From NCBI GenBank assembly GCA_964630185.1, contig CAZVTQ010000003.1, forward strand, positions 109,175-173,174: a stretch of 64,000 nt of DNA. Reading direction: 5' to 3'. The translations under genes were made by a program, and so were the position numbers. This document shows positions 63,703 to 64,000 of this stretch, in pieces. The notes below the pieces were generated by a model. It saw only the letters and a list, made by a program, of their open reading frames with translations, was not told the DNA's origin and did not search any database. Source of the DNA: an uncultured Candidatus Saccharibacteria bacterium (GTDB lineage: Bacteria; Patescibacteriota; Saccharimonadia; Saccharimonadales; Saccharimonadaceae). Numbering within the stretch: position 1 is the first letter of the stretch; each line of letters starts with the position of its first letter.

Positions 63703-64000
63703 ATGAGTGCTAGTAGTATCGCTAATTTGATCAACCAAGATGCAACTAGCCGCGGTATTGCTAAAAAAATTGCTAGTTATTTGATAGACACAAAGCAAAC
63801 TTTGCAACTCGACTCCCTCATGCGTGATGTCATGAGTGTGCGTGAGGAAAAAGGAACATATGAGGTAAATGTGGCAACCGCTCACCCACTCTCAGCTGCT
63901 CAAACAAATAACATTTCTGCATATATCAAAAAGCATTTTGATAATTGCAAAGACGTTATTATTCATCAAAAAGTCGACCCTAGCTTGCTAGGCGGAGTCC
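63703..64000 (+). CDS. atpH: F1 ATP synthase subunit delta (OSCP), 3'-truncated by the window edge
   Basis: The ATG at 63703 lies 2 nt after the atpF stop. VATAHPLSAAQ...KVDPSLLGGV is the conserved C-terminal delta motif, reached after only about 95 aa. Confidence 0.65.
   Translation, partial: MSASSIANLINQDATSRGIAKKIASYLIDTKQTLQLDSLMRDVMSVREEKGTYEVNVATAHPLSAAQTNNISAYIKKHFDNCKDVIIHQKVDPSLLGGV

Noticed and set aside
1-64000. CRISPR arrays, IS elements, integrases or transposases, prophage structural genes, rRNA operons.
   Set aside because: None seen. There are no regularly spaced direct repeats, and no ORF carries recombinase, transposase or capsid-like motifs.

Overview
This 64 kb window reads as a chromosomal segment of a small, roughly 40% GC genome. 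The gene content suggests a CPR/Patescibacteria (Saccharibacteria-like) organism; that is an inference from content, not a search result. The conserved backbone is: a VirD4/TraD-like ATPase, a sigma-region-4/HARE-HTH protein, topA, dprA, pth, der, a pseudouridine synthase, two two-component pairs, gltX, a sortase, a PEGA protein, a nucleotide-sanitation operon (xth, MazG-like, guanylate-kinase-like, NUDIX, HAD, YjeF_C-like), tsaC, smpB, a glycosyltransferase cluster, class I ribonucleotide reductase, and the start of the F-ATPase operon (atpB, atpE, atpF, atpH). tRNA-Glu(CUC) and tRNA-Leu(CAA) are present. I saw no CRISPR array, integrase, transposase or rRNA.

Several higher-GC accessory patches are embedded in this backbone:
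1. A Ter-type cluster at 16.1-26.2 kb: TerD, vWA-TerF-like, TelA, TerC/DUF475, three divergent phosphoribosyltransferases, an atypical HAD, and three uncharacterised ORFs. Its composition is mosaic.
2. A 1.1 kb ORF-free, hairpin-dense region (55.5-56.7 kb) downstream of the RNR genes. It looks like two tandem large ncRNAs sharing a 3' module.
3. A ParB/DUF262-like protein plus an unknown partner (45.7-47.5 kb).
4. A 59-aa ORF between the RNR subunit genes that ends in CDGCE, while the alpha subunit has no C-terminal cysteine pair. The beta subunit has class Ic-type residues.
5. Three further promoter- or terminator-bracketed candidate ncRNAs (about 7.8-8.1 kb, 9.1-9.4 kb, 45.0-45.2 kb) whose identity I could not resolve by eye.

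All calls rest on reading the translated ORFs and the sequence. No database search was run.
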